A stretch of DNA of 64,000 nucleotides from Iphione sp. A-MEVVRFRX5 (taxonomy: Eukaryota): positions 56,296,001 to 56,360,000 of the forward strand of contig OZ320319.1 in NCBI GenBank assembly GCA_976226885.1, in the 5' to 3' direction. Each line of letters opens with the position of its first letter. Positions within the stretch are counted from its first letter, which is position 1. Shown piece after piece: positions 1 to 11,652 of the stretch. Below the pieces are notes generated by a model. That model worked only from the letters and a program-made list of their open reading frames with translations, searched no databases and was not told where the DNA came from. A program made the position numbers and the translations under genes.

Positions 1-89
1 ACTTGGAGTTGGAATTAGGCCCGGGGAGGCCCTTTTAACTAGGCTGCATGCCTATTTATACAGGTTTCACACTACAACCTTAATCTTTG

Positions 90-130
<41 letters not shown>

Positions 131-166
131 GTAGTAGTAGTACTACTACTACTAGTAGTAGTAGTA
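90..166. repeat. Compound (ACT)n/(AGT)n microsatellite with alternating orientation (self-complementary)
   Basis: An ACT run (90-130) switches to GTA/TAG (131-140), back to ACT (141-153) and again to AGT (154-166). Confidence 0.95.
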
Positions 167-469
167 TTGGTTGTACTAAAGAGGAATTCAGCATCCCATT
201 CAGTATGAAACTGAATGTCTAGAGATTTCACAGTACAATTTTGACCCTCTTTACTAGTCCTACCAAAACATGATCCAAGAAACTGAACAAGTACCATCTG
301 CCAAGACAAGGGCCGGGCCCCAGTTCTCCGTATAAAGTTATGGCAATAAAGAACAGGTTTACAACGTGTACTAACAGAAATGCTCAGTAGTAATTGTAGT
401 GTGATAGACTTTCAACAATTCTCTTAAGATCTGCTATAAATTTAAAAATAAAAGACTTTATTTACCTCC

Positions 470-600
470 TCTCGGTAATGGCCGGAAGTTGATATCCAAT
501 GACAGAAGTAAACGAAATGGTAATCCCGAATACCCGGTTACAACAAAACTAGATGGCGCTGCGATCGATTCGAACCCGCTCAGAATCCACGAACGCCACT
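470..600. promoter_or_regulatory. CpG-rich promoter-like segment with ETS and YY1-like motifs
   Basis: CCGGAAGT at 482-489 and AGATGGCG at 551-558 lie in a locally CpG-rich patch. A minus-strand donor-like GAG|GTAAAT sits at 466/465. Confidence 0.35.
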
Positions 601-1932
601 GGAGGTAGGAGGGGAGGCAGCAGTTCTTGCAAAAGATACAACAATCCCTAACCATAGCAACGTCTGAAAGCTGCATTTTATTGACAAAACTTTGTATTCA
701 TTAAGGTATCCATTTTCTGCGCCTGTTTTCCATCATTTTCTTCTGCTCACATCGACTGTTCTCATCTTTGTCGTGCGAATGATTTTTAGAGATGCTGTAC
801 TGAAGGCATATTCATTGTTAACGATATACAGTCCTTTGCCTGCCATACATTACTGATGTATGGTGATAAAGTCCTAATGTTATCGAACAAATCTTTTAAC
901 TACTCCCCGTACAAACTAGCATTGTTGAAACGATGTAAGCTGACAACACAGACAAGCGCTATGCAGTCTACCTGTAGCGGTTATGGTGCGTTTTCTGTGT
1001 ATGGTGTGTTGGTGTAGCCCTTTCCTGTCAACCAAAAATGATGTTTTTGAAACTAGTAACTGTGGTTGATAAATCATGTTTACTTGTACTAGGGTTTAAT
1101 ACTAGAAATTCTTTTAATGTCAAACATCAAGTGAAAGCCCCTGAATGGACCCATCGCCTCACACCAGATGTTGCCTGCAAAAATTACCTAGAAACTTTAC
1201 AAATACCATCAACATTCCACTGACAGACTGCACTCACTTCCATCAGAAAATTGCCATGTTTTCACTGCTGCAGTTTTGTTAGTTCTGACAGGGGGGGTCA
1301 ACTGTTCTGGTGAAACATTATTGGACGATCTGAATTCTTGGTGAACAGTTATTGACAAACCAAATTAAACATGAAACGTTATCAGCATTGACTGGTGAAA
1401 TGTTATCAAAGAAACAATTCTTGGTGAAGCGTCATCTGTGCCCTCTTTAAACGTTAAAGGTAATTTGAATTCTTGGTGAAGCATTATTGGGTACCCCCTG
1501 ACCCCCCCCCCCGTGTTCTATACAGAAACTTCTAAAACAAAATAATTCTTATTCATGTTACCTGCATAGAAGCTAAACCATTTTCTCCTACCTACCTGCT
1601 ATAGCTTCATAGTACCTAGTGGCTTGAGAAAGAACATCCTCTTTTTTCTAGTCTGTCTGCTCTGCAAATGTACATTGTTTGTAGAGGAACCTTTTTCCTG
1701 CTCCTTGCACTGCTGGCTGTCCCCAATGGAACAGACCATGCCATCAGTTATCCAGTGTATACTCCCCCCCTGGTGGTGACCTTGAGAATAAATCAGTTAG
1801 CTCCACCACCTCCACTGGTCAAAACATATAGTGCTGTTGTCTCTCTCTTCACATAAACCTAAATATCCAGTTTAAATACTGAAGGATACAACAATATGGT
1901 ACCAAAGTATGTTGAGTATATATTGACAAAAC

Positions 1933-2045
1933 GGTTAAATTCAGTTTCTGGTCGTTGTCATCAGGACTAAGCCCCTCTTGGGCATATCGGCCCTTTGACA
2001 TCGGGGCTTTGTCCTGATGACAATGACTAGAAACTGAATTTAACC
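1933..2045 (-). mobile_element. Palindromic non-autonomous element, copy 1
   Basis: ~43-bp inverted arms with 3 mismatches surround a loop whose reverse complement reads GATGTCAAAGGGCCGATATGCCCAAG, homologous to copies at 2.8 and 4.1 kb. Confidence 0.8.
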
Positions 2046-2261
2046 ACTGTTCGAACAACGAGAATTATAATTTCTCTTTATTTTAGTGTTTTACATGTAA
2101 AAAATCATTATTATAATAAATACAAAACTACCACTGGGTTTTGGAGACATCAGAAAACACTAAACCAACATTTTAACTAAAAGAAATGATAATTAAATTT
2201 CAGTTTAGAATCAAATAAATGTCAAATCTGTATTTTTGGAAATGCTAGAACACTTTTTACA

Positions 2262-2322
2262 TTTCTGCTAATTTGGAATGTTTTTGTGTCCCAAGTCCCA
2301 TGCCTCACTTGAGTCCACTGTG
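2262..2322 (-). mobile_element. Transposon end with CACAGTG heptamer, 28-nt spacer and ACAAAAACA (RSS-like TIR), copy 1
   Basis: cactgtg at 2316-2322 and tgtttttgt at 2279-2287; aligns without gaps to 3138-3197. Confidence 0.45.
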
Positions 2323-2790
2323 CTCTATAGGGCACCAAAGTAACTCTCGTCTTTGCGCGAGAAGTGGGGAATTCACGGGAAATTCAAACCAGCTGGGCAT
2401 GTCTCCAGTCATTACTATGGGAGAAGCCTATACCCAAATCATTTTCTTTTTATTCACCAATAAATTTTGGTGATTTTTGCCTGAAATTTGAAATGTGTAC
2501 AGGTTTAAGGATAGAGAATATTCTTATCTGAAAATAATTTAATAAAAAATAACATATATATATAGGATAACAGTAAAATGCTTCTGTATACTCATAGATA
2601 TGGGATAGGTGTACAAATACTGAAAATTTCAAAGAAAATAGAATAATGGTTTATCTTGTAGAGACTTTGAAAGATCTGGGCCCATATGTTAAGCATTGTG
2701 AGAATTGACTGCCTGTGCCCAGCCTCTCCACAACAGGAAGTAGAACTCCCATGAGCTTTGGCGCTATATAGAGAACATCACGGCTCAAGT

Positions 2791-2930
2791 GTTAGAATGT
2801 AGTGGTTAAGTGTGTATTTTGTGTTTAGTCCTCAGGTTTAAGCCCTGATGTCGAGGGCCGAGAGGCCCGAGGCAGAGGGGCTTAAACCTGGGGACTAAAC
2901 ACAAAATACACACTTAGCCATTGTTCTAAC
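2791..2930 (+). mobile_element. Palindromic non-autonomous element, copy 2
   Basis: Near-perfect inverted arms 2803-2845 / 2878-2920 enclose an inner hairpin TCGAGGGCCGAGAGGCCCGA. Confidence 0.85.
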
Positions 2931-3137
2931 AATGAGCATAATATATTGCACTATTATATTTTCTTAGACATGAAAAAAAGAATATCCAAATAAATACAAA
3001 AATACCAATGGACTTTGGTGGGTACCAATTAAGTGTCTTATCTGGCTATAATGTCATCTAAAGAACAATTTAACAAAATATGACCAGTTTAAGTTTAAAA
3101 TTAATCAAATATATACAGATAACTACCATTTTTAAAA

Positions 3138-3197
3138 TTCTGCTACTTTGGAACGTTTTTGAGTCTAGAGACCCATGCCCCGCTTGAGACCACTGTG
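3138..3197 (-). mobile_element. Transposon end with CACAGTG heptamer, 28-nt spacer and TCAAAAACG (RSS-like TIR), copy 2
   Basis: cactgtg at 3191-3197 and cgtttttga at 3154-3162; homologous to 2262-2322. Confidence 0.45.
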
Positions 3198-3308
3198 CCT
3201 ATAGGCGACAATTACAGTGCGAGTGACTTATGTAGGTGATGCATCTAGGTGCCCACCCTGAATTGGTGGAATATATAATAATCACTAATAATCTTCTTGT
3301 GCTTGCAG

Positions 3309-3515
3309 TCACTGAGCATTACCCACCCAAGTTCCAGTGAGAACATGTCAAGACACACCACACAGACTATATTTGTGTATACAGATTGTACATGTAGTCA
3401 TCTTCCATCCTGAAGACTGCCGAAGCGCCAGCTATGATGCAACATCTTCTTCACCTAGACACACCACCTACATAAGTCCTCCCCAAACTCACCATCAACC
3501 TACGCATCTGCTACG
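3309..3515 (+). other. Candidate non-coding (5' UTR) exon
   Basis: Acceptor cttcttgtgcttgcag| before 3309 and donor ACG|gtaatg after 3515; no frame runs open through the whole exon. Confidence 0.3.
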
Positions 3516-4137
3516 GTAATGTGGTTATTCCAATGAAACTAGTGATTAATGTTGGGTGAGAGTGTATTTGGTGATCTGATGTTGCAGGATGTGAGTCATA
3601 TATTTATACATGTTATTTTGAAAATAAACGTGCTTCATTTATTTGGTTGCCACGCACTTGACAAAAGATAGTCTATATTATATGAAAGATTAATGTAATA
3701 ATCAGAAAATATTATGTAATAATTTACATGGTATTTTATGTCTCAATAATGAAGATTAAAGGATATTGCATGTTATACTTTTAGCATTGTTTAAACTTAT
3801 GGCTCATCAGAAGCTTCTGATAAGCTGTAAGGAGAAAACCTCTAGTATTTCACATGACGATATAACATATATCACTCATTTAAAGTTTTAAAATTTAGTT
3901 GTGTAAAGATGTTTATAATCAAAGGTGAACATGCTCAATTTCGAGATTCTTACAGGTCACAGCTTCTCCATGGTAACCTAGTGTTTTTTTTTCAAATTTG
4001 TGCATTACAAGGGAGTAACACCAGATGTATTAAATACTTTTCACCAAAAAGCAAGCAGGTTAATGAGCTCATATTTAAGATACTGGTGGCATTCAAAAAT
4101 CATTCATATATGATCGATTTTCCTATAGACAGACAGG

Positions 4138-4230
4138 AAACGGTTAAGCCCCAAGGTTGAGGGCCGATAGGCCCAAGGCTATAGGACTTAAACCGACAGA
4201 CCATACACAGAAAACACTTAACCGTAGTGC
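4138..4230 (+). mobile_element. Palindromic non-autonomous element, copy 3 (left arm truncated)
   Basis: Central GAGGGCCGATAGGCCCAAGG and a right arm ending CACTTAACC, as in copy 2. Confidence 0.7.
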
Positions 4231-4886
4231 TAAAGTCGAAGAAAAAGACTTAATATGATTTATAGTAATTCGTTATTTTGAAAATATATGAATAAGTATT
4301 CACAACAGACTCCAATGAACCAGTGAAAAACCACTTCCTACTGCTTTGTTTACTTTTTGAAAATACATTTTTTTTCACCTATATGACACCATTATTATAG
4401 TTATGTTGTTCTATTCTATCAAAAAATTCATTTTCTCACATGCTTTATTGCTTGATTTCTGATTTCCTAGCTATCAAAAATACTTTTACACATCAAATTC
4501 AACCCAGGCATTGCAATGAGAGTGCAGGCACGAGTGTTAGAACGTAGCCAGTCACCTGCCTGTCCAAATGTAGTTTTGCGCCAACATAGTATGTTGCCAA
4601 TCGCCCCAGTGGTGATATCCTTTACATAACATGACGCCATAATGTAATACATGTAAATGGAAAGAATACCGTACTCTCTGAATAGCTTTTGATCTTGCTC
4701 ATCCTTTTATAAAATTTTATTGCTAGGACCTGCTGTGTTCATTGAAGACATGCTCATCATATAAAGGTGATAGCCGATAAGTTCCTCTTAAGAACAGAAC
4801 ACTTGATCTTTTAGTTCAAAATCTAAATTGTGCTTGCACTGCGGGACACTATAGACTGCTCCCACAATGATTTCTTTGTTTTACAG

Positions 4887-5000
4887 ATGCAAACCTACTT
4901 TGGGATGCTGAAGATCACCAGCACTAAATTCTTCATCACCATACAATAGCTTTCTGTGGGCTCTACTAACCATTGACCATTGTATCCCTCCGCCACTCAG
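4887..5000 (+). other. Candidate non-coding (5' UTR) exon of the BTB-Kelch gene, with a 20-codon uORF
   Basis: Strong acceptor tttctttgttttacag| and strong donor CAG|gtaagg. All three frames contain stops. ATG at 4887 opens MQTYFGMLKITSTKFFITIQ*. Confidence 0.5.
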
Positions 5001-5242
5001 GTAAGGATGGAATGGACCCTGCATTCTGATGCATTTGTGCTAAGAATTATTTTTATTTCCAATATGGATAAGCCTAACTGCCGCCTGATGGTCAGTCAGC
5101 ACCTTACTGTCCAATAAAATTTATCATAGTTATCCAACAGTTTTGCAAAGTAATAAATAATGAAAAAGGCTGGGAACTCCAGAGAACAGTTTAAAGTGGC
5201 TTTAATGTAAACAGTCCAACCAATAAAATACAAATATCCTTT

Positions 5243-5290
5243 TGTCACAAGCTTTCGGGGTAAAAGTGGTTCCTTCCTCAGGTGAGAGAT
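5243..5290 (-). ncRNA. Minimal type I hammerhead ribozyme motif (solo Penelope-like terminal repeat remnant)
   Basis: Minus strand reads TCAC-CTGAGGA-A-GG..CCCC-GAAA-GCTT-GTGA with stem I TCAC/GTGA; stem II is degenerate. TATATAAAA lies ~35 nt upstream (5318-5326). Confidence 0.65.
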
Positions 5291-7173
5291 GAATGAAAGA
5301 AACCGTTGAACACCCTGTTTTATATACTGTTGTGTTACTAAGAGCAATAAACTTGGCAACCAGTTATAGCAGAGACATGCTTGTCGTCCGCTGGTTCCTT
5401 ACCACGTGGTACAAGTATGAGCTAAGAATAGACATCGAGCTTGATTGTTATTGCGTACTCTAATGTCTAGGTGTTGCGAAAGGGTGATCACGTGGCTACT
5501 CCGGTAACCACTCCAGTAACTTTACAGGAGCCACTACAGGAGCAACCAATCAGAAGGTTGCAGAGGTTATTTTTAGCAACAGTCTAGACAGAATATCTAG
5601 ACAGGGTCTATTCTTAGTACAAAAGCCAGACATATGTCTAGAGCAAGACTGTACTTTTCCTGTAATAAATAGATTCGTTTTCTCTCTTGCACTCCAAGAG
5701 AGCACCATTCCAGCAGACTAGATTTCTGCATTTGGAGTGAACCATATTTTATGATCGTTGCTATCATTTCTCATCGCCTTCCTTGCCGGAGACCAAGCTC
5801 ACATTACAATATGCTTTGAATTGAATGTCTTTGGCAGTGAATGTCTGTGCTGATTCTGACTGGCCAATAATGTCTGTGTGAGAGACATGGTCCTAGTTAA
5901 TAGGACTGACAGCCTTAAGGGCAACAATATTTATGTAAATATATGAAATAGAACAAGATAACACGCTGGAAAAATAATGATGAAGTCGTAATCAATAAAA
6001 AAATTCAGTATATATTAAAAAGTGTACTGATCACTAAACAATATTCCTGTACGAATACCAGGCCTGTCACATAAATATACCTGCTACCTACCCTAAAACT
6101 TGGGCTGCATCTTCTACTGATACCACATGGTTTAGGTAGTTCAACTTTGCCAGGCAAAGTTTATACTACATCTTTCATTGTAGTTCAGTGGAATCTTTAA
6201 TGTTGGTTACTCCTCCAGAGTTTGTCCAGAGTTTCATTATCTTCCAGCACAGGATAACAGCAGCTATATAAGGGACTGTACTAGGGGAGTCATTGTCATT
6301 CCTGCTTAGACCTTCTTGGAATAAACATCTTAAATTCACTGTGAGAGTTATGTCACTACATTTGGGGCAAGCAATACACATGAGAGAGCTGACAGACTTG
6401 GAGAAAGAGGATAAGATTTCTCAGGCCACTGCTAAAAAACTATAAAAGGTAGGAACCAATGGTCTGGCATATGGGTAGATATCATATTAAGGATTTTCGG
6501 TCAAAGTTTGAGTGATTTCTGTACAGAACTGACAAAACTACAGCAGTAGAAAGATGGAACTTCTGATGTAGGACTCAGTGTAGACTGTCACCAAGATGTT
6601 GAGGGTACTGCTAACTGGGTTATATTCCCACCTGCCATCTGGCATGAATCGATGGGTCCATTGAGGAATAGATTTCCATGTGTCAGTATCACTCCAGAAT
6701 CACCACATCACGTTCTCCTTCCAATGATAATAATGAACCCACCGGAGTGTATGAATCCACACTTCTACAGCTTCATGTATCACTAAGCCTGTATAGTTAT
6801 CCTACCCCACTGAACTTTAACTTACACAAGCAACGTCCCCAACTTTTCAATGTAGTTTAAAGAACAGCCATTTAGAAGGGCTAAATTGCATTGAAAAAAC
6901 AACTGATTTATCTTTTCTCAATCAGGGAAAGAGGAATATGGTAAACCAAAAAGGATTAGGAAACGCAGACCTTTTACACGTTTTCATCTCAATGTGTCAC
7001 TAGGGTATGCTATTGTATACCTTCTTAAAAATTGTTTGCATCTGATTTCTGTAGTTTTGAAGTAGTAGGGCTGTAATTATTCATGTTGTTTCTCAGTGGT
7101 TCCTGTGTTATCAAAATGTTTTTACTATGTACAGTTTCAATCCTCACTTTGTTTCTTCTAGGCAACTAGCAAC

Positions 7174-9291
7174 ATGTTCTACCGAAGGACTGCTGTCGGC
7201 CGCTTTAACAATCAGACCAAGCTTCCCGTTGGCTTATGTAAGAACCTGAACAGACTCCGCCTTGAGGGAAAGTACTGCGACCTTCACCTGGTGGTGAATG
7301 GTTACACGATGCCTGCTCATCGTGCTGTTCTGGCGGCTTCCAGCTCCTACTTTGACACCATGCTCAGTGGCAGTTTTGTCGAAGGGCAGTCACGCACCGT
7401 TGAATTGTCCGATGCATTCCGCACGTCAGAAACACTGCTGGACATCTTGTCCTACCTGTATACAGGCCAGATCATACTCACAGAGGACAACTATCATGAC
7501 ATCTTGAATGCTGCGACACACTTCCTCTTGGAGGACCTTCGAGACAGCTGCAGTCACTTTATCTTCGTCAATCTATCTCCAGTGAATGCCTTGCAACAGT
7601 GGGTTCTGGCAGATATGTTCAACCTCAACCATCTTGCAGATGTGGCTGCTTTAATGGTCAGAGCCCGTTTCCATGATCTGCTTATCTTTCGTGAAGAGCC
7701 CCTCCATGTGCCGAGCCAGGCACTGAAACGGGTCATCACTGAGGGAGCTATGGACTTCTTATATAGCATGGAGAGGGTCAAGTTCCTACTCAACTGGGCA
7801 GCTGTCAACTTAGAGGAGAGGACAGCTGCTGTGGATGCTCTGCTGCAGGATGAGGAGATTTGCGCCAAACTTGGTATTCCACCATGGAGGAGTCCTGGTG
7901 GACCTAGGAGGGAGCAGGAAGAGGATGCGCAAGAGGAGGTTGTTGGCTTATCTACAGGCATGGACTACCTTCGGTCTCTACTGGATGATCCACAGATCTC
8001 AGCACCCCAGCTGACGGAGACGAATGAGGCTCTGATGGGATGGCACTACAAGCCCCAGAGTGACCCAGATACGCGTGTACTTACGGTATGTGCCTACGTG
8101 GTCAACACAAACCGCTGGTACACAATCACCAAGATCAAAGTCAGTCGGCATTTTGGTAATCTGATGGGATTCATTGGTCGAAAGGCATTATTTCAGTCTC
8201 TCTATGGCTTTTGTGTGGTGAATCTGGACGACCTCACCTTCGAGCGGATTGCTCTGCCTTCACTGCAGCGTACAAGTGGTGTTCGCTCGCATAATGTGTT
8301 CCTCTTTGACAATCGGGTATTCTGTCTCATGGAGATCTCTAGGTACGTCAGAGGTGGTGGACTTCCAAATGACGCACCAGCTTTTCTCTATCCAGAGGCT
8401 CAGAGCTTCCTCAAGGTGTACAACTTTGAGACAAGACAGTGGAGCAAGGTATGTGACATACCAGTACCCACACAGATGACATGGCTGCCACTCCAGTTCC
8501 ATATCATCCCGCGCCATAATATGTCACGCTGCTATATCTTGGCGATGTCCTCTTCCAATGTCCTGCAGGCACGAGCCGCAGCCGAAAGCTGGCGCATTAA
8601 CGGGCCATATATGCTGGTGTTGTACAAGCGCCGAACCAAATATGCCCTCAACCGGCTGGCGGACCCTCCAGTCGATCAGGTGGAGAAGGGTGACACCTAC
8701 CGGTCACTTCGCTTCACAGGTAAGAATGACAAGCTGTATTTTTACGGCGTGCCGAGCCACAGTGGTCATCAAAGGCAGATGTGCCAGGGCCTTATGCAGT
8801 ACAAGCCCAGCTCCAATGAATGGACCATCCTACCGTCTCTTCCCATCACCTTCCCCAAAGCCCCACTCATCCAGGTAGAGGGTCTTGAGACAAGCACGGC
8901 TATGGTTGGTAGTGCCGCCAATGGAGGAGTGGAGTCATTCCAGCATGGTCATCTCTATCATCTGCGTGTCCAGTGCCCTTTTGTCTGCCAATTCTGGGCA
9001 GCCGACATCGAGAGCGGTGACGTGCGAGAACTGGCACCGCCACCCTGCGAGATTCTGCACGAGTTTGCCGTCTGCGAGCTACCGTTTGCCGTACTTGATG
9101 GCGCATGCGCACACTACTCGAAGCGCTTCGAGAGAGGAGGGCAGAGTCCTTTAGTACACGGTAATTTAGCCGGCTATGACAAGTGGGCATGTTCATTTTC
9201 CCAAGCTACAAGTTGCCCAGCATCTCCCGGTATTTCCGTAAGCCATTCCTCCTCATCTTCATCTGAGTCGGAAGTCGATGTGCAGAATTGA
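7174..9291 (+). CDS. BTB-BACK protein with divergent Kelch-type beta-propeller (KLHL/KBTBD-like), 705 aa, single coding exon
   Basis: BTB motif (CDLHLVVNGYTMPAHRAVLAASSSYFDTMLSG...LLDILSYLYTG), a BACK region, and Kelch-like W strands (NTNRWY, ETRQWSKV, KPSSNEWTILPSLP). Acceptor tttgtttcttctag| lies 12 nt before an AACATG start. Confidence 0.92.
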   Translation: MFYRRTAVGRFNNQTKLPVGLCKNLNRLRLEGKYCDLHLVVNGYTMPAHRAVLAASSSYFDTMLSGSFVEGQSRTVELSDAFRTSETLLDILSYLYTGQIILTEDNYHDILNAATHFLLEDLRDSCSHFIFVNLSPVNALQQWVLADMFNLNHLADVAALMVRARFHDLLIFREEPLHVPSQALKRVITEGAMDFLYSMERVKFLLNWAAVNLEERTAAVDALLQDEEICAKLGIPPWRSPGGPRREQEEDAQEEVVGLSTGMDYLRSLLDDPQISAPQLTETNEALMGWHYKPQSDPDTRVLTVCAYVVNTNRWYTITKIKVSRHFGNLMGFIGRKALFQSLYGFCVVNLDDLTFERIALPSLQRTSGVRSHNVFLFDNRVFCLMEISRYVRGGGLPNDAPAFLYPEAQSFLKVYNFETRQWSKVCDIPVPTQMTWLPLQFHIIPRHNMSRCYILAMSSSNVLQARAAAESWRINGPYMLVLYKRRTKYALNRLADPPVDQVEKGDTYRSLRFTGKNDKLYFYGVPSHSGHQRQMCQGLMQYKPSSNEWTILPSLPITFPKAPLIQVEGLETSTAMVGSAANGGVESFQHGHLYHLRVQCPFVCQFWAADIESGDVRELAPPPCEILHEFAVCELPFAVLDGACAHYSKRFERGGQSPLVHGNLAGYDKWACSFSQATSCPASPGISVSHSSSSSSESEVDVQN

Positions 9292-10167
9292 ACGAATGTA
9301 TCTATTATGTATCTTACCTTAAGATTAGTTGCAAGGAAAATTAAACAGGTAGTGGTTTGTATAGTAGATATGTATATCTTCTTGCACGTATAAACTTTGT
9401 TCGTAAATACTGAAATATACGTCCGTTCACACGTTATTAAATTTAGTTTATTAAGTACATGTCCATACATTAATAAGGCTCTTATTAAATTAATTCTATC
9501 GCAATTTAAATAATATCTCGTCAAGTGACATTGATTATCCATCCACAGTCTATAATGGTATACCGTTTCTCCTAATATATCTAGCACAGTGACACAATTT
9601 TTAGAAATTCTTCTATGACATTAACGTTGTATCTAGTAGATGGAGTACATCCTCTCCCTTATTTTGCTTTTGAATTTTTAAAATTGCTCAAGTAGTTGTT
9701 GAATTATAAAAGGTTTCATACAACATAAAGAGAAGAAATTTGTGAAATCTTGTCCCGTAGGAACAATGCAGGTAACCGGCTAAAATGTGGCACCATGATA
9801 GATTTTCCTAAACATTTTCCTTATTTATGAAACTTTATACCCAAAGGTTTTCAGATATGCCAAATTCACTAGTGGCATTGAAAAAGTATTTTCATGAAGT
9901 ACATTAGGCTTACATTACAAAGCAGCAGTTTGGATATGAATAGAGGATAAGTAAGGAGTGTGGGTAGTTAATTTCACTTAATTTCCTCATACCTAATTCA
10001 TACACAATATACACATTATACATCAGATTAAAACCGAACAATCAGGCTTTCTTATGATGTATGTTCTTTCCTATTATATGATATTCTCACTGAATGCTAA
10101 TGTATCAGATCTTTGTAGTAAATGGTTAAGCCACGAGAGAAAGTGTCTGGGGTGGCTTTCAATACTG

Positions 10168-10219
<52 letters not shown>
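10168..10219. repeat. (ATT)n microsatellite
   Basis: About 17 perfect ATT units. Confidence 0.98.
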
Positions 10220-10221
<2 letters not shown>

Positions 10222-11504
10222 CTTTATTTTCACTGGCGATTTCATACATAATGTATTCGCAGCCAGTCTTGTACTTCAAGACTTTTACAGTATTATATAT
10301 CTCTCTATACAGAATATTAGTAAATATGGTTTTTGCCATCACACGAGTTCTTCTGTAAACATATAAGGAACAATACTACTATACTGTCTAAACCTTCCAA
10401 TAAATGGCTAGTTAATTAAGTTACGATTTCTCAATTCAATTTGCCTATATGGGGTTAGACCAAGTCCACTGCATTGGTTTGCGTCTTTCAGTCTTGTAGT
10501 ATATTTGCCATTATATGGACCATGTCCTTTCCAATTTGTTAGAACTTTTAGCATATAGACCAAGTCCTTTCCATGCATCAGTTATAGGATAATTGCTTTA
10601 TATGGACTTCAATAGTGTATTTATTTTTATTATTACTGTCTGATTATTTATTAGTTTATTTTTTTAGGACAACATACACCCTTAATCTTTGTTACTACTA
10701 ACTACTATTGTTGATATTGGAACAATGTCCATTCCTTGGTACGGTCTATGAGGGAGAGATGGTAATGTAAAATGGCTGTTTGTGGATACCGTCTCCTTTA
10801 CATATACATGTATGTGTTTTTACTGTAAAAGTTTATTATCACTTGAAAATATGAATTTCTTAGCCCAAATTGTGATTGTTATATTAGATGTACATACAAT
10901 AAGACTTTGTCTTGCGGTTCCTTATAGTGTGAAATATACAGTTATATGCCTACCTTTACATGTACATATTACAGGCCTTTATATGTACGTGTGTACATAT
11001 ACATAAAAGGAATATTTCCCTCGTTTTCCAACACCCTCCTTATCTCTCGAAAAACAAAAATAGACAAGGAAGGCTGATCATATGTTTATGAGTACTGTTA
11101 ATATATGTACATTTATATTCACTGCCAATAATTCATATCTGTGATAGTGTGATAAGTGAATACCTCGTCAGATTACCATGTGAGAATGTCATTTAAAGCA
11201 TGCGAATTTAAAAGAACGTGTATATGATTGCGAAAATAAAACACTGTGATATCCTGATAATGACTATTATACCTACACTGTCTCGGCCTTATAGTCCAGT
11301 CGATGTTAATGTTCTCATCATAATTCAAGGTTGCCACACAAATCCAATAAAGAAAAATATTTTCAATATCAATTACTTTAAGAGTGTTAACAGTATAATG
11401 TTATACAATTTTCATGATTAATCAAACTATATATAGGATGTAGAACAAACAAAAGCACGACATCCAGATTCAAGTGATTAATCATTGTTGGTACATGTTG
11501 CAAA

Positions 11505-11545
11505 CTCAACGTTTTGGACCCTTAGTGGGCCCGCATCAGAAGGCA
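11505..11545 (-). ncRNA. Degenerate hammerhead ribozyme motif (PLE remnant)
   Basis: Minus strand CTGATGC-GGGCCC-ACTAA-GGGTCC-AAAA-CGTT; two core substitutions relative to CUGAUGA...GAAA. Confidence 0.45.
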
Positions 11546-11652
11546 TATTGAAAAATTGATTGGTTAACTAGAGTAATTATGGACAAGTTAATTAGGTGGT
11601 CAATATTCAAAATGGCTGATTTGCCATATATGTAATGGATCCAATGCTAACA

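Noticed and set aside
67-309. Ser/Thr-rich 80-aa ORF
   Set aside because: It is a translation of the ACT/AGT microsatellite.
1286-1512. Degenerate TTCTTGGTGAA repeats between GGGGGGGTCA / TGACCCCCCC inverted motifs
   Set aside because: Too short and low-complexity to define an element; no TSD, and the irregular spacing is not array-like.
6200-6800. Possible very decayed PLE RT fragment
   Set aside because: Only faint motif echoes; not supportable without an HMM search.
10054-10251. Poly-Ile ORF
   Set aside because: It is a translation of (ATT)n.
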